From an uncultured OCS116 cluster bacterium (GTDB taxonomy: Bacteria; Pseudomonadota; Alphaproteobacteria; Rhizobiales; TMED25), in NCBI GenBank assembly GCA_902613795.1, contig CACMIP010000001.1, forward strand, positions 42,087 through 106,086: a stretch of 64,000 nucleotides of DNA, read 5' to 3'. Position 1 is the stretch's first letter; every line of letters begins with the position of its first letter. Made by a program: the position numbers and the translations under genes. The notes beneath the pieces are model-generated. The model worked only from the letters and a program-made list of their open reading frames with translations. It had not been told where the DNA came from and ran no database searches. Of this stretch, positions 28,760-39,245 are shown piece after piece.

Positions 28760-28799
28760 TTGTAATATTTTTGTAACATTTTTGTAAGATTTGTTTACT
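28760..28799 (+). promoter_or_regulatory. Pho box array (four phased repeats) upstream of pstC
   Basis: TTGTAAT-attt-TTGTAAC-attt-TTGTAAG-attt-GTTTACT. Ends 40 nt before the pstC ATG. Confidence 0.7.
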
Positions 28800-28838
28800 C
28801 ATCACTTTTAAAACTATCACAAGCAAGGAGTATGAATA

Positions 28839-30275
28839 ATGATCTATATATCACTTTTGCTTGTATTTTTGGTTTCCTATTCTTTTTATTTCATTGGCAA
28901 GAAAAGAGCCCTCAACATTTCGACTCAGCGAGATCAAACCCTCTCTGCTTTACCAGATTATTATGGCTATTATTCGGTAATTATCATACTAGTACCAGCT
29001 ATATTGATTTGGTTCTTTCTTTTGATTTTTAAATCAAATTTCCAGGAAATATATGTAATGTCACCCTTTTTGTTCCCTGATATTGACACATGGAGCGCAA
29101 GTAAAACCGGTTTAATAATGAATAAAATTACAAACTTGTCATATATTGTAAATTTATCTGACATTGATTTGTCCGTGGGGGATAAATCAATTTTAAAAAT
29201 GGCGAGTGATAGTGAACTTATTGCGGCAAAAAACCTGGCGAGTTTTGATAAAATATATGGTTGGGCCAATGTTACTCTATTCATAATACTTCCTGTTTTT
29301 TTAGGTTTCATCGCAACAAGATCGATTTCAAGTAAACTTAACGCGCAACCTATCGTGGAACGCGTAATATCTTATGTGATAAAAGGTAGTTCCTACATAG
29401 CAATATTAATAACATTTGGAATATTTTTCTCACTTATATTTGAAGCTGTAAATTTCTTCAGATACGTAAATTTTGTTGATTTTTTCTTCAATACCTCTTG
29501 GAATCCAAATAGAGCTTTTGTGATCAATGCTTCCGAAGGGTTTGATCAAGAGGCGTTGAAAGATGCCTTCGGATTTATTCCTCTCCTGACAGGTACAATT
29601 TTAATTGCCACTGTTGCAATGATCGTGGCAATTCCGCTTGGGCTGCTCACTGCTATATATTTAGCTGAATACGCATCTACGAGAGTGAGGGACATAGCAA
29701 AACCAATAATAGAAATTTTGGCTGGTGTGCCGACTGTTGTCTATGGTTTCTTTGCCGCACTATCACTTGCACCTTTTATAAAAGATGTTGGTGAAAGCGT
29801 TGGTTTACCTGTTTCAGCAGAAAGTGCTTTAGCAGCAGGTCTTGCGATGGGCGTCATGATCATACCATTTGTATCATCATTGAGTGACGACGTAATAAAG
29901 GCGGTGCCAAACTCTCTGAGGGAAGGCGCTTATGCATTGGGTGCCACAAAATCAGAAACCATAAAAAAAGTCGTTCTTCCTGCGGCGCTTGCTGGAATCA
30001 TGGGATCATTTTTGTTGGCCATTTCTCGAGCAATTGGTGAGACAATGATAGTGGTGATGGCAGCAAGCCTTCGAGCAAATCTAACATTTAATCCTTTAGA
30101 GCCTGCTACAACAATAACAACACAGATAGTAACAAGCCTCATCGGAGATGTCGAATTTGATAATCCAAAAACACTAGTCGCATTTGCACTAGGACTAACG
30201 CTATTTATCATGACACTAATACTTAATGTAGCTGCAATACTTATCGTTAAAAAATATAGAGAAAAGTATGACTGA
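28839..30275 (+). CDS. pstC: Phosphate ABC transporter permease PstC (long N-terminal extension form)
   Basis: 478 aa. C-terminal core with the SRAIGETMIV EAA-type loop. AAGGAG RBS. Confidence 0.9.
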   Translation: MIYISLLLVFLVSYSFYFIGKKRALNISTQRDQTLSALPDYYGYYSVIIILVPAILIWFFLLIFKSNFQEIYVMSPFLFPDIDTWSASKTGLIMNKITNLSYIVNLSDIDLSVGDKSILKMASDSELIAAKNLASFDKIYGWANVTLFIILPVFLGFIATRSISSKLNAQPIVERVISYVIKGSSYIAILITFGIFFSLIFEAVNFFRYVNFVDFFFNTSWNPNRAFVINASEGFDQEALKDAFGFIPLLTGTILIATVAMIVAIPLGLLTAIYLAEYASTRVRDIAKPIIEILAGVPTVVYGFFAALSLAPFIKDVGESVGLPVSAESALAAGLAMGVMIIPFVSSLSDDVIKAVPNSLREGAYALGATKSETIKKVVLPAALAGIMGSFLLAISRAIGETMIVVMAASLRANLTFNPLEPATTITTQIVTSLIGDVEFDNPKTLVAFALGLTLFIMTLILNVAAILIVKKYREKYD

Positions 30276-31518
30276 TTTATCCAAACGACTAGCCTCTGAG
30301 AAAAGATTCAAATATTTTGCTATGTTTGCAATGTGTTTATCACTGTTCTTTGTCGTTATCCTTATGCTGAAAATATTTACAACTGGAAGCGGAGCTTTTA
30401 TTCGAACAACAATTGAAGCGAGTGTTTATTTCGATCCCAGCGCAATTGAAGTCACTAACGAGTCCTCTGTAAAGGCGATAAACAAAGCATCTTATGTAAA
30501 TCTTGCGGATCAAATTGTAAAAGATAATCATCCCAATCTTAGTGATGAAAAATTTATTTTGGTGCGAGAAATGTATACACGTAAATTTGACTTTCAGCTA
30601 AGAGATTATATAGCAAGTAATCCCAACATAATTGGGAAGACAGTCACGATGGAAATCACCGCTTCTTCAGACTTAGATCAAATCGTTAAAGGAAATTACC
30701 CAAGAGATGTGCCAGAGGCACAGAGAAAAATCAATGATTACCAATTATCGGTGCTTGATAGTTTGGATGCCGATGGTAAAATATCTTCAACTTTTAATCT
30801 TTGGTTTTTTACAAATGGTGATTCAAGAGATCCCGAGACAGCCGGTATACTTGGTGCCTTGATGGGATCATTCTATGCTCTTTTGATATGCTTTTCATTT
30901 GCATTCCCCGTGGGTCTATTAGCATCAATTTATCTAGAGGAATTCGTGCGACCAGGAAAATTAACGGATTTTATAGAGGTTAATATTAATAATTTAGCTG
31001 CTGTACCATCAATTGTTTATGGACTGCTTGGTTTGGGTATGCTCATAGGAGTATTTGGAATGCCATACCAGGTACCACTAGTTGGTGGCCTAGTGCTAGG
31101 ATTTATGACATTACCAACCATAATTATTGCATCTAGGGCCTCATTAAGAGGCGTGCCTCCATCTATTCGAGAGGGCGCCCTCGCCGTTGGTGCTACAAAA
31201 ACTCAGACGGTTTTTCATCACGTGATACCCCTATCCTTGCCTGGATCCCTGACTGGAACGATTATTGGAATGGCGCAAGCCCTTGGTGAAACCGCGCCGT
31301 TGCTCATGGTTGGTATGGTTGCATTTGTCATGGATATACCTGGTGGAGCGCTCGATCCAGCTACCGGACTACCATCCCAAATTTATCTTTGGTCAGAGAG
31401 TGCGGAGAGAGGTTTTCTGGAGAAAACCTCTGCTGGCATTATGCTCTTACTAGGTTTCTTAATAATAATGAATACAATTGCTGTAATAATAAGAAGAAAA
31501 TTGGAGGTCAAATGGTAG
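30268..31518 (+). CDS. pstA: Phosphate ABC transporter permease PstA
   Basis: 416 aa. [14 protein letters not shown] loop. Overlaps the pstC end by 8 nt. Confidence 0.9.
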   Translation: MTDLSKRLASEKRFKYFAMFAMCLSLFFVVILMLKIFTTGSGAFIRTTIEASVYFDPSAIEVTNESSVKAINKASYVNLADQIVKDNHPNLSDEKFILVREMYTRKFDFQLRDYIASNPNIIGKTVTMEITASSDLDQIVKGNYPRDVPEAQRKINDYQLSVLDSLDADGKISSTFNLWFFTNGDSRDPETAGILGALMGSFYALLICFSFAFPVGLLASIYLEEFVRPGKLTDFIEVNINNLAAVPSIVYGLLGLGMLIGVFGMPYQVPLVGGLVLGFMTLPTIIIASRASLRGVPPSIREGALAVGATKTQTVFHHVIPLSLPGSLTGTIIGMAQALGETAPLLMVGMVAFVMDIPGGALDPATGLPSQIYLWSESAERGFLEKTSAGIMLLLGFLIIMNTIAVIIRRKLEVKW

Positions 31519-32282
31519 AAAACGATACTCTCGCTTTACAAACTAATAATGTATATGTGCATTATGGAAGTAAGATGGCAATAAATAACGTAGCTGTTGA
31601 TTTCCATAAAAATCAAGTAACTTCACTTATTGGACCATCTGGCTGCGGAAAATCAACATTTCTAAGATGTCTAAATAGAATGAATGATGTGATAGATATT
31701 TGCAAAGTTCAAGGTGAGTTTCATCTGAATGGAATTGATATTTATGGTCCAGAAATTCAAGTCGAAAATCTTCGCAAGCAGGTTGGTATGGTATTTCAGA
31801 AACCCAATCCTTTTCCAAAAACTATATATGAAAATGTTGCTTATGGACCAAAGATTCATGGTCTTGCATCTACAAAATCAGAGCTTGATGATATCGTCAA
31901 GGATACTCTAAACCGTGCCGGCTTATATACTGAAGTAAAGGATAGATTGGACGACATAGCGACCGGTCTATCCGGTGGCCAGCAACAAAGATTGTGTATT
32001 GCAAGAGCGATTGCAATAAAGCCAGAGATAATACTTATGGATGAACCGTGCTCTGCATTGGATCCAATTGCAACTGCCGTTATTGAAGAGCTGATAAACG
32101 AATTAAAAGAAAACTACACTATTGTCATTGTTACACACTCGATGCAGCAAGCTGCAAGAATATCAGATAAAACTGCATATTTTCATTTGGGTGAAATGAT
32201 TGAATTTGGCATAACTTCAAATATTTTTACAAACCCTAATCATGAAATGACTGAAGCTTATATTTCTGGTAGAATAGGATAG
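31512..32282 (+). CDS. pstB: Phosphate ABC transporter ATP-binding protein PstB
   Basis: Start reset to ATG 31512 (MVENDTLAL), overlapping the pstA stop. [30 protein letters not shown]. Confidence 0.95.
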   Translation: MVENDTLALQTNNVYVHYGSKMAINNVAVDFHKNQVTSLIGPSGCGKSTFLRCLNRMNDVIDICKVQGEFHLNGIDIYGPEIQVENLRKQVGMVFQKPNPFPKTIYENVAYGPKIHGLASTKSELDDIVKDTLNRAGLYTEVKDRLDDIATGLSGGQQQRLCIARAIAIKPEIILMDEPCSALDPIATAVIEELINELKENYTIVIVTHSMQQAARISDKTAYFHLGEMIEFGITSNIFTNPNHEMTEAYISGRIG

Positions 32283-32291
32283 GAGATAGAA

Positions 32292-32981
32292 ATGACACAA
32301 CACATTAATTCAGCATTTGATGCAGGCTTAGCTGACGTAAATATGCAAATAGCAAAGCTCGGAGCGCTCGCTGAGACGCAACTCGATAATTCATTAACTG
32401 CCTTGAAAGATAAGAATATAAAAAAATTTGACTCAATAATAGAGCGCGATAAGAAACTTGACGAGTTAACGGCAGAGGTAAGCTCATCAGTTTTTGAGCT
32501 TATCGCACTATGGTCACCCATTGCTTATGATCTACGAAGTTTATTGGTTGCCGACAGAGTTGGTGCAATTCTTGAGAGGGTCGGGGATTACTCAAAAAAT
32601 ATAGCAAGACGCAGCCAAGTCATTGTGACAGAAGAGAGCTTTGATAGGCTTCCCGTTAATATAGTTGGACTTGGGGAGCACGTCCAAGGACTCCTTCACA
32701 GAAGCCTTGATGCATACATGGAAAATGATCTGCAAAAGGCAATGAATATCTGGGAGTCAGATATTGATACGGATCGCCTATATCTTAGTATTTTTAAGGA
32801 GATTGTCAGCTACATGTCAGATAATCCAGACGATGCTAAAATGTTAACTCACATGATTTTTATATCGAAGAACCTTGAAAGAGTTGGGGATTACACGACA
32901 AGTATCGCAAAGCAAACATACTTTCTCTCAGAGGGGGAATATCCCGATACTAAAAGACCTAAGGCAATGACAACATATTGA
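32292..32981 (+). CDS. phoU: Phosphate signalling complex protein PhoU
   Basis: Two PhoU repeats (ILERVGDYSKNIA and NLERVGDYTTSIA). Confidence 0.9.
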   Translation: MTQHINSAFDAGLADVNMQIAKLGALAETQLDNSLTALKDKNIKKFDSIIERDKKLDELTAEVSSSVFELIALWSPIAYDLRSLLVADRVGAILERVGDYSKNIARRSQVIVTEESFDRLPVNIVGLGEHVQGLLHRSLDAYMENDLQKAMNIWESDIDTDRLYLSIFKEIVSYMSDNPDDAKMLTHMIFISKNLERVGDYTTSIAKQTYFLSEGEYPDTKRPKAMTTY

Positions 32982-32988
32982 GGTTTGA

Positions 32989-33675
32989 ATGATGCTGGCA
33001 TTAGTTGCCGATGATGAAAAAAATCAATTAGAATTAATATCTTTTCATCTAGAAAAAAACGGATTCGATGTTATAACGGCAGAAGATGGTGAATCTGCAT
33101 TTGAGCTAATTGTTGAGCGAAAACCCGACATAGTAATTCTAGACTGGATGATGCCTAATGCCTCAGGTATCTCTATATGCCGCAGAGTCCGATCATCCAA
33201 AGAGCTCAAGAGTCTGCCAATTATAATCTTAAGCGCTAGAGGTGAAGATATTGATGCTTCACATGGGTTATTATCAGGTGCTGACGACTATATAACAAAG
33301 CCCTTCTCGCCTATCGAATTAATCGCAAGAATAAAATCACTCTTAAGAAGAACAACAAAAAATTTAGAGTCTTCCATAATTGAATATGGTGATTTAACCT
33401 TAGATACTGGTAAAAAAGTTCTAAAAAGTAATGATAAAGACATAAGAATTGGGAAAACTGAATATAAGATTATTACTCTTCTAATGTCGAGACCGGAGAA
33501 CGTATTTTCCCGTGCTCAGATAATTGATTACGTTTGGGAAAATAATCCAGAAATAGACGATAGGACAATTGACGTGCATATCAGCCGTCTCAGGAAAACC
33601 CTAAGTGATAGCTATAATGGAAAATGTAAAATTAACACTGTGCATGGGTTTGGTTATTGTATAAGCAATAATTGA
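32989..33675 (+). CDS. phoB: Phosphate regulon response regulator PhoB
   Basis: Receiver domain (VILDWMMPNASG) plus OmpR/PhoB winged helix (IDVHISRLRKTL). Confidence 0.9.
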   Translation: MMLALVADDEKNQLELISFHLEKNGFDVITAEDGESAFELIVERKPDIVILDWMMPNASGISICRRVRSSKELKSLPIIILSARGEDIDASHGLLSGADDYITKPFSPIELIARIKSLLRRTTKNLESSIIEYGDLTLDTGKKVLKSNDKDIRIGKTEYKIITLLMSRPENVFSRAQIIDYVWENNPEIDDRTIDVHISRLRKTLSDSYNGKCKINTVHGFGYCISNN

Positions 33676-34041
33676 TTATTTAATTTCGAGCTCAGATATT
33701 GGGGTAATCTCAACCGACTCGCCACAACCACACGCTGATGTCTCATTTGGATTATTAAACTTAAATCCAGCGCTAAATTTTTCTTCAACATAATCCATCT
33801 CTGTCCCAAGAAGATATAAGATGGCTTTTGGATCGATAACAATGGTAACCCCATCCTGCTCAACTACCTCATCACCATCTGAAATCTCAGACACATAATC
33901 CATTGAGTAGTGAAGGCCGGCACAGCCACCTTTTTCGATACCGATGCGCAAAATCTTATTTTCTTGATTTGAGTCATCAATTAAATGATTAACTCGTTCA
34001 ATTGCACGTGGAGTTAAACTAATGATATTTGACTTAACCAT
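33676..34041 (-). CDS. sufA: A-type Fe-S cluster carrier (SufA/IscA/ErpA family)
   Basis: GGCAGLHY and the C-terminal CGCGES motif. Last gene of the suf operon. Its stop abuts the phoB stop. Confidence 0.8.
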   Translation of the reverse strand: MVKSNIISLTPRAIERVNHLIDDSNQENKILRIGIEKGGCAGLHYSMDYVSEISDGDEVVEQDGVTIVIDPKAILYLLGTEMDYVEEKFSAGFKFNNPNETSACGCGESVEITPISELEIK

Positions 34042-34053
34042 ACAACTCTATCC

Positions 34054-34401
34054 TTACATCATATTAAGCGCAACTTGGGCTTCTTCTGACATCATCGAGA
34101 TATCCCACGGAGGATCAAATACTAAGTTTGCTTTTGCTGACGCAATGCCTCCGACAGATAACACGGCATCCTCGACCCATTTTGGCATATCACCAGCAAC
34201 GGGGCACCCAGGTGCAGTGAGGGTCATCTCAACATCTACATGAAAATTTTCGTCAATATCTACTTTATAAATAAGACCTAGTTCATATATATCGACAGGG
34301 ATTTCAGGGTCGTAAACTGTCTTTAGGGCAGACACAATCTTTTCTGTCAAATCCGCTATTGCATCTTCATCTAATATTGGTTTCTCTGTCATAGCAGTCA
34401 T
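34054..34401 (-). CDS. sufT: SufT-like DUF59 Fe-S assembly protein
   Basis: VYDPEIPVDIYELGLIY and TLTAPGCP motifs. Confidence 0.7.
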   Translation of the reverse strand: MTAMTEKPILDEDAIADLTEKIVSALKTVYDPEIPVDIYELGLIYKVDIDENFHVDVEMTLTAPGCPVAGDMPKWVEDAVLSVGGIASAKANLVFDPPWDISMMSEEAQVALNMM

Positions 34402-34407
34402 TAGCCC

Positions 34408-35625
34408 TTATGAAAAAAATTTTCTACAATATATCAAAGACTCACACAAACTATCAATATCTTTCTCATCATTATACATAGCGATGGATGCGCGACAAGT
34501 TGAGGTGACACCGAAGGATTGCATTAAAGGCTCAGCACAGTGTGTCCCTGCCCTTATCGCGATACCTTTTTTATCAATTATTGTGCTTACATCGTGCGGG
34601 TGGGCACCGTTCATATTAAATGAAAAAATTCCTTTGCTATGAGCGGGATCTACAAAAAAAGATAGGCCATCAATTTCCTGTAACTTTCCTTTCGCGTAAT
34701 CTGATATTTTAGCTTCGTGTTTATGAATTTCCTCAATACCAATGTCATTGATATACTTAATGGCATGCCCTAGTCCTACCGCCTGAGCGATTGGAGGGGT
34801 TCCAGCTTCAAATTTTTGTGGAGCATCGGCATAGGTAACATTGTCCATTGTAACTTCAGCGATCATCTCCCCACCCCCTTGAAAGGGCATCATATCCTTT
34901 TGGCGCTCTTTCTTCGCGTACAAAACACCAATACCCGAAGGGCCATATAGCTTGTGACCAGTGAATACATAAAAGTCAACATCCACTTCATCAACATCAA
35001 TTGTATCGTGCACCGCGCCTTGCGTACCGTCAATAAGAACAGGTATATCATTATTATGGGCAATATTTACAATATCCCTTATTGGCTGAACAGTTCCAAG
35101 AACGTTGGACATATGTGTCATGGCAATCATTTTAGTTTTCTTGGTAATCAGCGAGTTAAGATGATCAATATCTATGAGTCCATTATCATCGATATTTACC
35201 CATTTTAATACAGCACCGTTTCTCTCTCTGAGAAAATGCCACGGGACTATATTAGAGTGATGCTCAAGCATAGATATTATAATCTCATCACCATTTTGAA
35301 TATTTACTGAACCATAAGATGATGCAACCAAGTTTATGGCTTCAGTTGCATTTTTTGTAAATATAATCTCTTCACTTGATTTTGAATTAATAAATCGTGC
35401 AATTTCATTTCTAGCATCTTCAAAATTTTCAGTCGCCTTCATCGATAGATGATGTATACCTCTATGCACATTCGCATATTCTTGCTCATAGACTTTCGTC
35501 AAACGATCGATAACTGTTTTTGGCTTTTGTGATGAAGCTGCATTATCTAAATATACAGCGTTACCCTCATTTATCTTCATATTTAGAAACGGGAAATCAG
35601 AGCGTATCTTCTTAATATCAAACAT
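34408..35625 (-). CDS. sufS: Cysteine desulfurase SufS (group II)
   Basis: PLP-Lys region FTGHKLYGPSGIGVLY. Active-site RAGTHCAEP. Confidence 0.9.
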   Translation of the reverse strand: MFDIKKIRSDFPFLNMKINEGNAVYLDNAASSQKPKTVIDRLTKVYEQEYANVHRGIHHLSMKATENFEDARNEIARFINSKSSEEIIFTKNATEAINLVASSYGSVNIQNGDEIIISMLEHHSNIVPWHFLRERNGAVLKWVNIDDNGLIDIDHLNSLITKKTKMIAMTHMSNVLGTVQPIRDIVNIAHNNDIPVLIDGTQGAVHDTIDVDEVDVDFYVFTGHKLYGPSGIGVLYAKKERQKDMMPFQGGGEMIAEVTMDNVTYADAPQKFEAGTPPIAQAVGLGHAIKYINDIGIEEIHKHEAKISDYAKGKLQEIDGLSFFVDPAHSKGIFSFNMNGAHPHDVSTIIDKKGIAIRAGTHCAEPLMQSFGVTSTCRASIAMYNDEKDIDSLCESLIYCRKFFS

Positions 35626-36967
35626 TGAGATTACCCTTTGAAACTCGATTGAGCATGTTATTCATTACATCCGCAAAAGTTTCTAATATCTTCTTATCTT
35701 TTATCTCCTCAAGCGCATCGGTCAAGAAAGCATGGACAAGCAGTCTTTTTGCCTCTTCCTCAGGTATTCCGCGTGATTTAAGATAAAATAGTGAGTCCTG
35801 GCTAATTTGCCCTGTGGTCGCACCATGACCACATTGCACATCATCTGCATAAATTTCAAGTTCAGGCTTCGCATCGTGCTCAGCATTCTTTGAGAGTATA
35901 AGCGCATCAATTGATTGCTTTGCTATTGTCTTTTGTGCAATATCATCAACTATAATATTACCTTGAAAGACGCCTTTTGAGTTATCGTTCAATATGGATT
36001 TATACTTCTCCCTACTTATTGTGTTAGGTGCTTTATGCTTAACAGTCAGCATGGTGTCAATATGACTATCACCATCGAGAAGGTTAATTCCGGAAATAGA
36101 TATATTACTATTCGACCCATTGCAATTAATGTCCCTGAATTCACGCAGTAATTTTGAGCCAGAAGATATTGTAAAACTATTAAATTCTGTATCATTTGCA
36201 ATATCTGCATATTGTTGATTAAATCCAATTGTGATTTGATTGTGGGCTTGATATTTAACGTTGTTTACAACGCAATTATCACCAATTTTCCAAATAATCG
36301 AAGATGTATAAAGTGCTTCAATGTCAACTTTATTTGATATTTTGAATTCTATGATGTTGACGTGTGCGCCATTTTGTACATTTATCATATGCCTATAATT
36401 ATAGAAACCATCATTATTTCCAACATGTATGATGTATATGTTATCGGCTATACCCTTGTTGTTATTAATGTTTATTATGGCACCATCTTCCATCAGGACT
36501 GTGTTTAAATTGAACATCTCATTTACATTCTGCGAGTGTTTTTCAGAATTTAGTTTAATTGCCCAATCTGGGATGGGGTCTTTCTTTAAAGATGTGACGC
36601 TGACTGTTTCCATATCACTATTGACAATGGATAATTGGCTCTGCATTGCTCCATCCATAAAAACAAGAACACTATCTTTATTTTCTTTTGCTTTTTTTAC
36701 AATCTCGAAATTATTTATGAAATTATCGAGGTTGACCGGCACAGGTTTAACATCCGATTGAGATGGGATTCTCTCAAGCTTGCTTGTGATATTGGTATAT
36801 TTCCATTGCTCATCTCTGCTGGTGGGCAAGCCGTGTACTCTAAAGAGCTCATATGCACCGAGTCGAGCTGGATATAACGGATGCTTGATATCTTGATTGC
36901 TTATATTGTGTTTACAATAAGCAATTACTTGCTCTTCTACATTGATATTTTTTTCTTCAGTTAACAT
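35618..36967 (-). CDS. sufD: Fe-S cluster assembly protein SufD
   Basis: 449 aa. C-terminal PELEIYADDVQCGHGATTGQI...LFYLKSRGI. Lies between sufC and sufS. Confidence 0.85.
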   Translation of the reverse strand: MLTEEKNINVEEQVIAYCKHNISNQDIKHPLYPARLGAYELFRVHGLPTSRDEQWKYTNITSKLERIPSQSDVKPVPVNLDNFINNFEIVKKAKENKDSVLVFMDGAMQSQLSIVNSDMETVSVTSLKKDPIPDWAIKLNSEKHSQNVNEMFNLNTVLMEDGAIININNNKGIADNIYIIHVGNNDGFYNYRHMINVQNGAHVNIIEFKISNKVDIEALYTSSIIWKIGDNCVVNNVKYQAHNQITIGFNQQYADIANDTEFNSFTISSGSKLLREFRDINCNGSNSNISISGINLLDGDSHIDTMLTVKHKAPNTISREKYKSILNDNSKGVFQGNIIVDDIAQKTIAKQSIDALILSKNAEHDAKPELEIYADDVQCGHGATTGQISQDSLFYLKSRGIPEEEAKRLLVHAFLTDALEEIKDKKILETFADVMNNMLNRVSKGNLNV

Positions 36968-36974
36968 TTAAAAA

Positions 36975-37715
36975 CTATTTAATGTAGTTATTGTAACCGG
37001 ATTTCTCTAACTCTAGCGCGAGTGAACTATCACCTGTTTCTATGATTTTGCCATTATACATGATATGGACAAAATCAGGTTTTATATAGTCGAGCAGTCT
37101 TTGATAATGTGTAATGACAATAAAGGATCTTTTTTCATTCCTTAAATTATTTACACCTTCAGCAACAAGTCTTAGCGCATCAATGTCTAAGCCAGAATCT
37201 GTTTCGTCTAAGATACAAATCTCAGGGTCCAAAAGGGCCATTTGTAGTATTTCATTTCTTTTCTTTTCACCACCTGAAAAACCAACATTTAGAGGTCGTT
37301 TTATCATGCTGTCATCAATATTTAATTCTGCAGATTTTTTCTTAACAAGCTTCATAAAATCTGGTGTCGATAAAACCTCTTTATTATTGGCTTTGTAATG
37401 AGCTTCTAATGAGCTTTTTAAGAAAGTTAGCGTCGTAACCCCAGGTATTTCAATTGGATACTGAAATGCTAGGAATAAGCCCTTCGTTGAGCGCTCATCT
37501 GCTTCTAGATCAAGCAAATCCTCACCATTTAAATTTATCTCACCATTTAGTACCGTGTAATCTTCTTTTCCAGCACAAACGTGCGCAAGAGTTGATTTAC
37601 CGGAACCATTGGGACCCATAATTGCGTGCACTTCCCCAGGCCCAACATCCAAGCTAAAATTATTAAGAATTTCATTATCTTCGACTGAGACTGTAAGATT
37701 TGATACATTAAACAT
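36975..37715 (-). CDS. sufC: Fe-S cluster assembly ATPase SufC
   Basis: GPNGSGKSTL, FSGGEKKRNEILQ, ILDETDSGLD. Confidence 0.95.
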   Translation of the reverse strand: MFNVSNLTVSVEDNEILNNFSLDVGPGEVHAIMGPNGSGKSTLAHVCAGKEDYTVLNGEINLNGEDLLDLEADERSTKGLFLAFQYPIEIPGVTTLTFLKSSLEAHYKANNKEVLSTPDFMKLVKKKSAELNIDDSMIKRPLNVGFSGGEKKRNEILQMALLDPEICILDETDSGLDIDALRLVAEGVNNLRNEKRSFIVITHYQRLLDYIKPDFVHIMYNGKIIETGDSSLALELEKSGYNNYIK

Positions 37716-37725
37716 AAGAGACTAT

Positions 37726-39192
37726 TTACCCCACGCTTCCTTCAAGTGAAATTCCCACTAGCTTTTGGGCTTCTACTGCAAATTCCATTGGTAACTCTTG
37801 CAAGACCTCCTTGCAAAATCCATTAACGATTAAGGCAATTGCATCTTCAATGTTGATACCTCGTTGGCCACAATAAAATATCTGGTCATCTGATATTTTT
37901 GAAGTAGTTGCCTCATGCTCAAAAACCGAGGTTGAGTTTTTTGTTTCTATATATGGAACTGTGTGTGCTGAGCATTTATTTCCAATTAGTAATGAGTCGC
38001 ATTGAGTAAAGTTACGTGCATTTTCTGCGCGGCGGTGTGATGAAACTAAACCACGATATGCATTTGAGGAGTGCCCGGCTGATATGCCTTTTGATATAAT
38101 CTTACTACTCGTATTCTTTCCCAAGTGAACCATTTTTGTTCCAGAGTCTATTTGCTGATATGAATTAGAAATTGCAATGGAGTAAAATTCTCCGACTGAA
38201 TTATCGCCGCGCAAAATACAAGAAGGGTACTTCCATGTCACAGCAGAGCCAGTTTCCACTTGGGTCCATGAGATCTTTGAGTTCTTTCCTCTGCAGTCAC
38301 CTCTTTTTGTGACAAAATTATATATGCCACCAACACCGTTCTCATCTCCTGGATACCAATTTTGGACGGTTGAGTACTTGATTTCAGCGTTTTCAAGTGC
38401 TACCAACTCAACGACTGCAGCATGAAGTTGATTTTCATCTCTTTGTGGCGCCGTGCATCCCTCTAGATAACTGACATATGATCCTTTATCAGCGATGACT
38501 AGCGTTCTCTCGAACTGCCCTGTATTTTCAGCATTTATCCTAAAGTAAGTCGATAGCTCCATTGGACATCGTGTATTTGGAGGTATGTAAACAAACGATC
38601 CATCAGTAAATACGGCAGAATTGAGTGCTGAGTAATAATTATCTGATTTTGGAACAACGGAGCTGAGATATTTTCTTACTAACTCTGGATGATCTTTAAT
38701 GGCTTCTGATATTGAGCAAAAAATTATCCCCTCTTCTGAGAGCTTTTCTTTAAATGTAGTGACAACAGATACCGAGTCAAAGACGGCGTCAACAGCGATA
38801 TTACTTTTTACACCTGAGAGTATTTCCTGTTCTTTTAGTGGGATACCGAGTTTATCGTAGGTTTTCAATAGCTCAGGGTCAACTTCATCTAGTGACTTTG
38901 GACCATCAACATCTTTTGGTGCTGAGTAGAAATACATATCATTGTAATTGATTGAAGGATAATTTACCTTAGCCCATTCGGGTTCCTTCATTGATAAAAA
39001 TCTTTGATAGGCGTCCAATCTCCATTCGAGCATCCACTCAGGCTCATTTTTCTTTTTTGAGATGAATTTTATTGTTTCTTCTGTTAGGCCGATTGGTGCT
39101 GTTTCAGTTTCTAAATCCGTAGACCAACCAAACTTGTATTTATCTACACCTATGTCATCGACTTGTTTTACTGTTTCTTTAACTGCGGGCAT
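37726..39192 (-). CDS. sufB: Fe-S cluster assembly scaffold SufB
   Basis: 488 aa. [23 protein letters not shown] and the C-terminal FYCGQRGI...LIVNGFC. Confidence 0.95.
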   Translation of the reverse strand: MPAVKETVKQVDDIGVDKYKFGWSTDLETETAPIGLTEETIKFISKKKNEPEWMLEWRLDAYQRFLSMKEPEWAKVNYPSINYNDMYFYSAPKDVDGPKSLDEVDPELLKTYDKLGIPLKEQEILSGVKSNIAVDAVFDSVSVVTTFKEKLSEEGIIFCSISEAIKDHPELVRKYLSSVVPKSDNYYSALNSAVFTDGSFVYIPPNTRCPMELSTYFRINAENTGQFERTLVIADKGSYVSYLEGCTAPQRDENQLHAAVVELVALENAEIKYSTVQNWYPGDENGVGGIYNFVTKRGDCRGKNSKISWTQVETGSAVTWKYPSCILRGDNSVGEFYSIAISNSYQQIDSGTKMVHLGKNTSSKIISKGISAGHSSNAYRGLVSSHRRAENARNFTQCDSLLIGNKCSAHTVPYIETKNSTSVFEHEATTSKISDDQIFYCGQRGINIEDAIALIVNGFCKEVLQELPMEFAVEAQKLVGISLEGSVG

Positions 39193-39245
39193 ATCATTAC
39201 TATAACGTTATGGTTAATAAAAATAGTTTATTTTAATATAATTGT

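Noticed and set aside
31389-31511. N-terminal 41-codon extension of the pstB ORF in the track
   Set aside because: It lies inside pstA in another frame. The conserved PstB N-terminus begins at ATG 31512, which overlaps the pstA stop.
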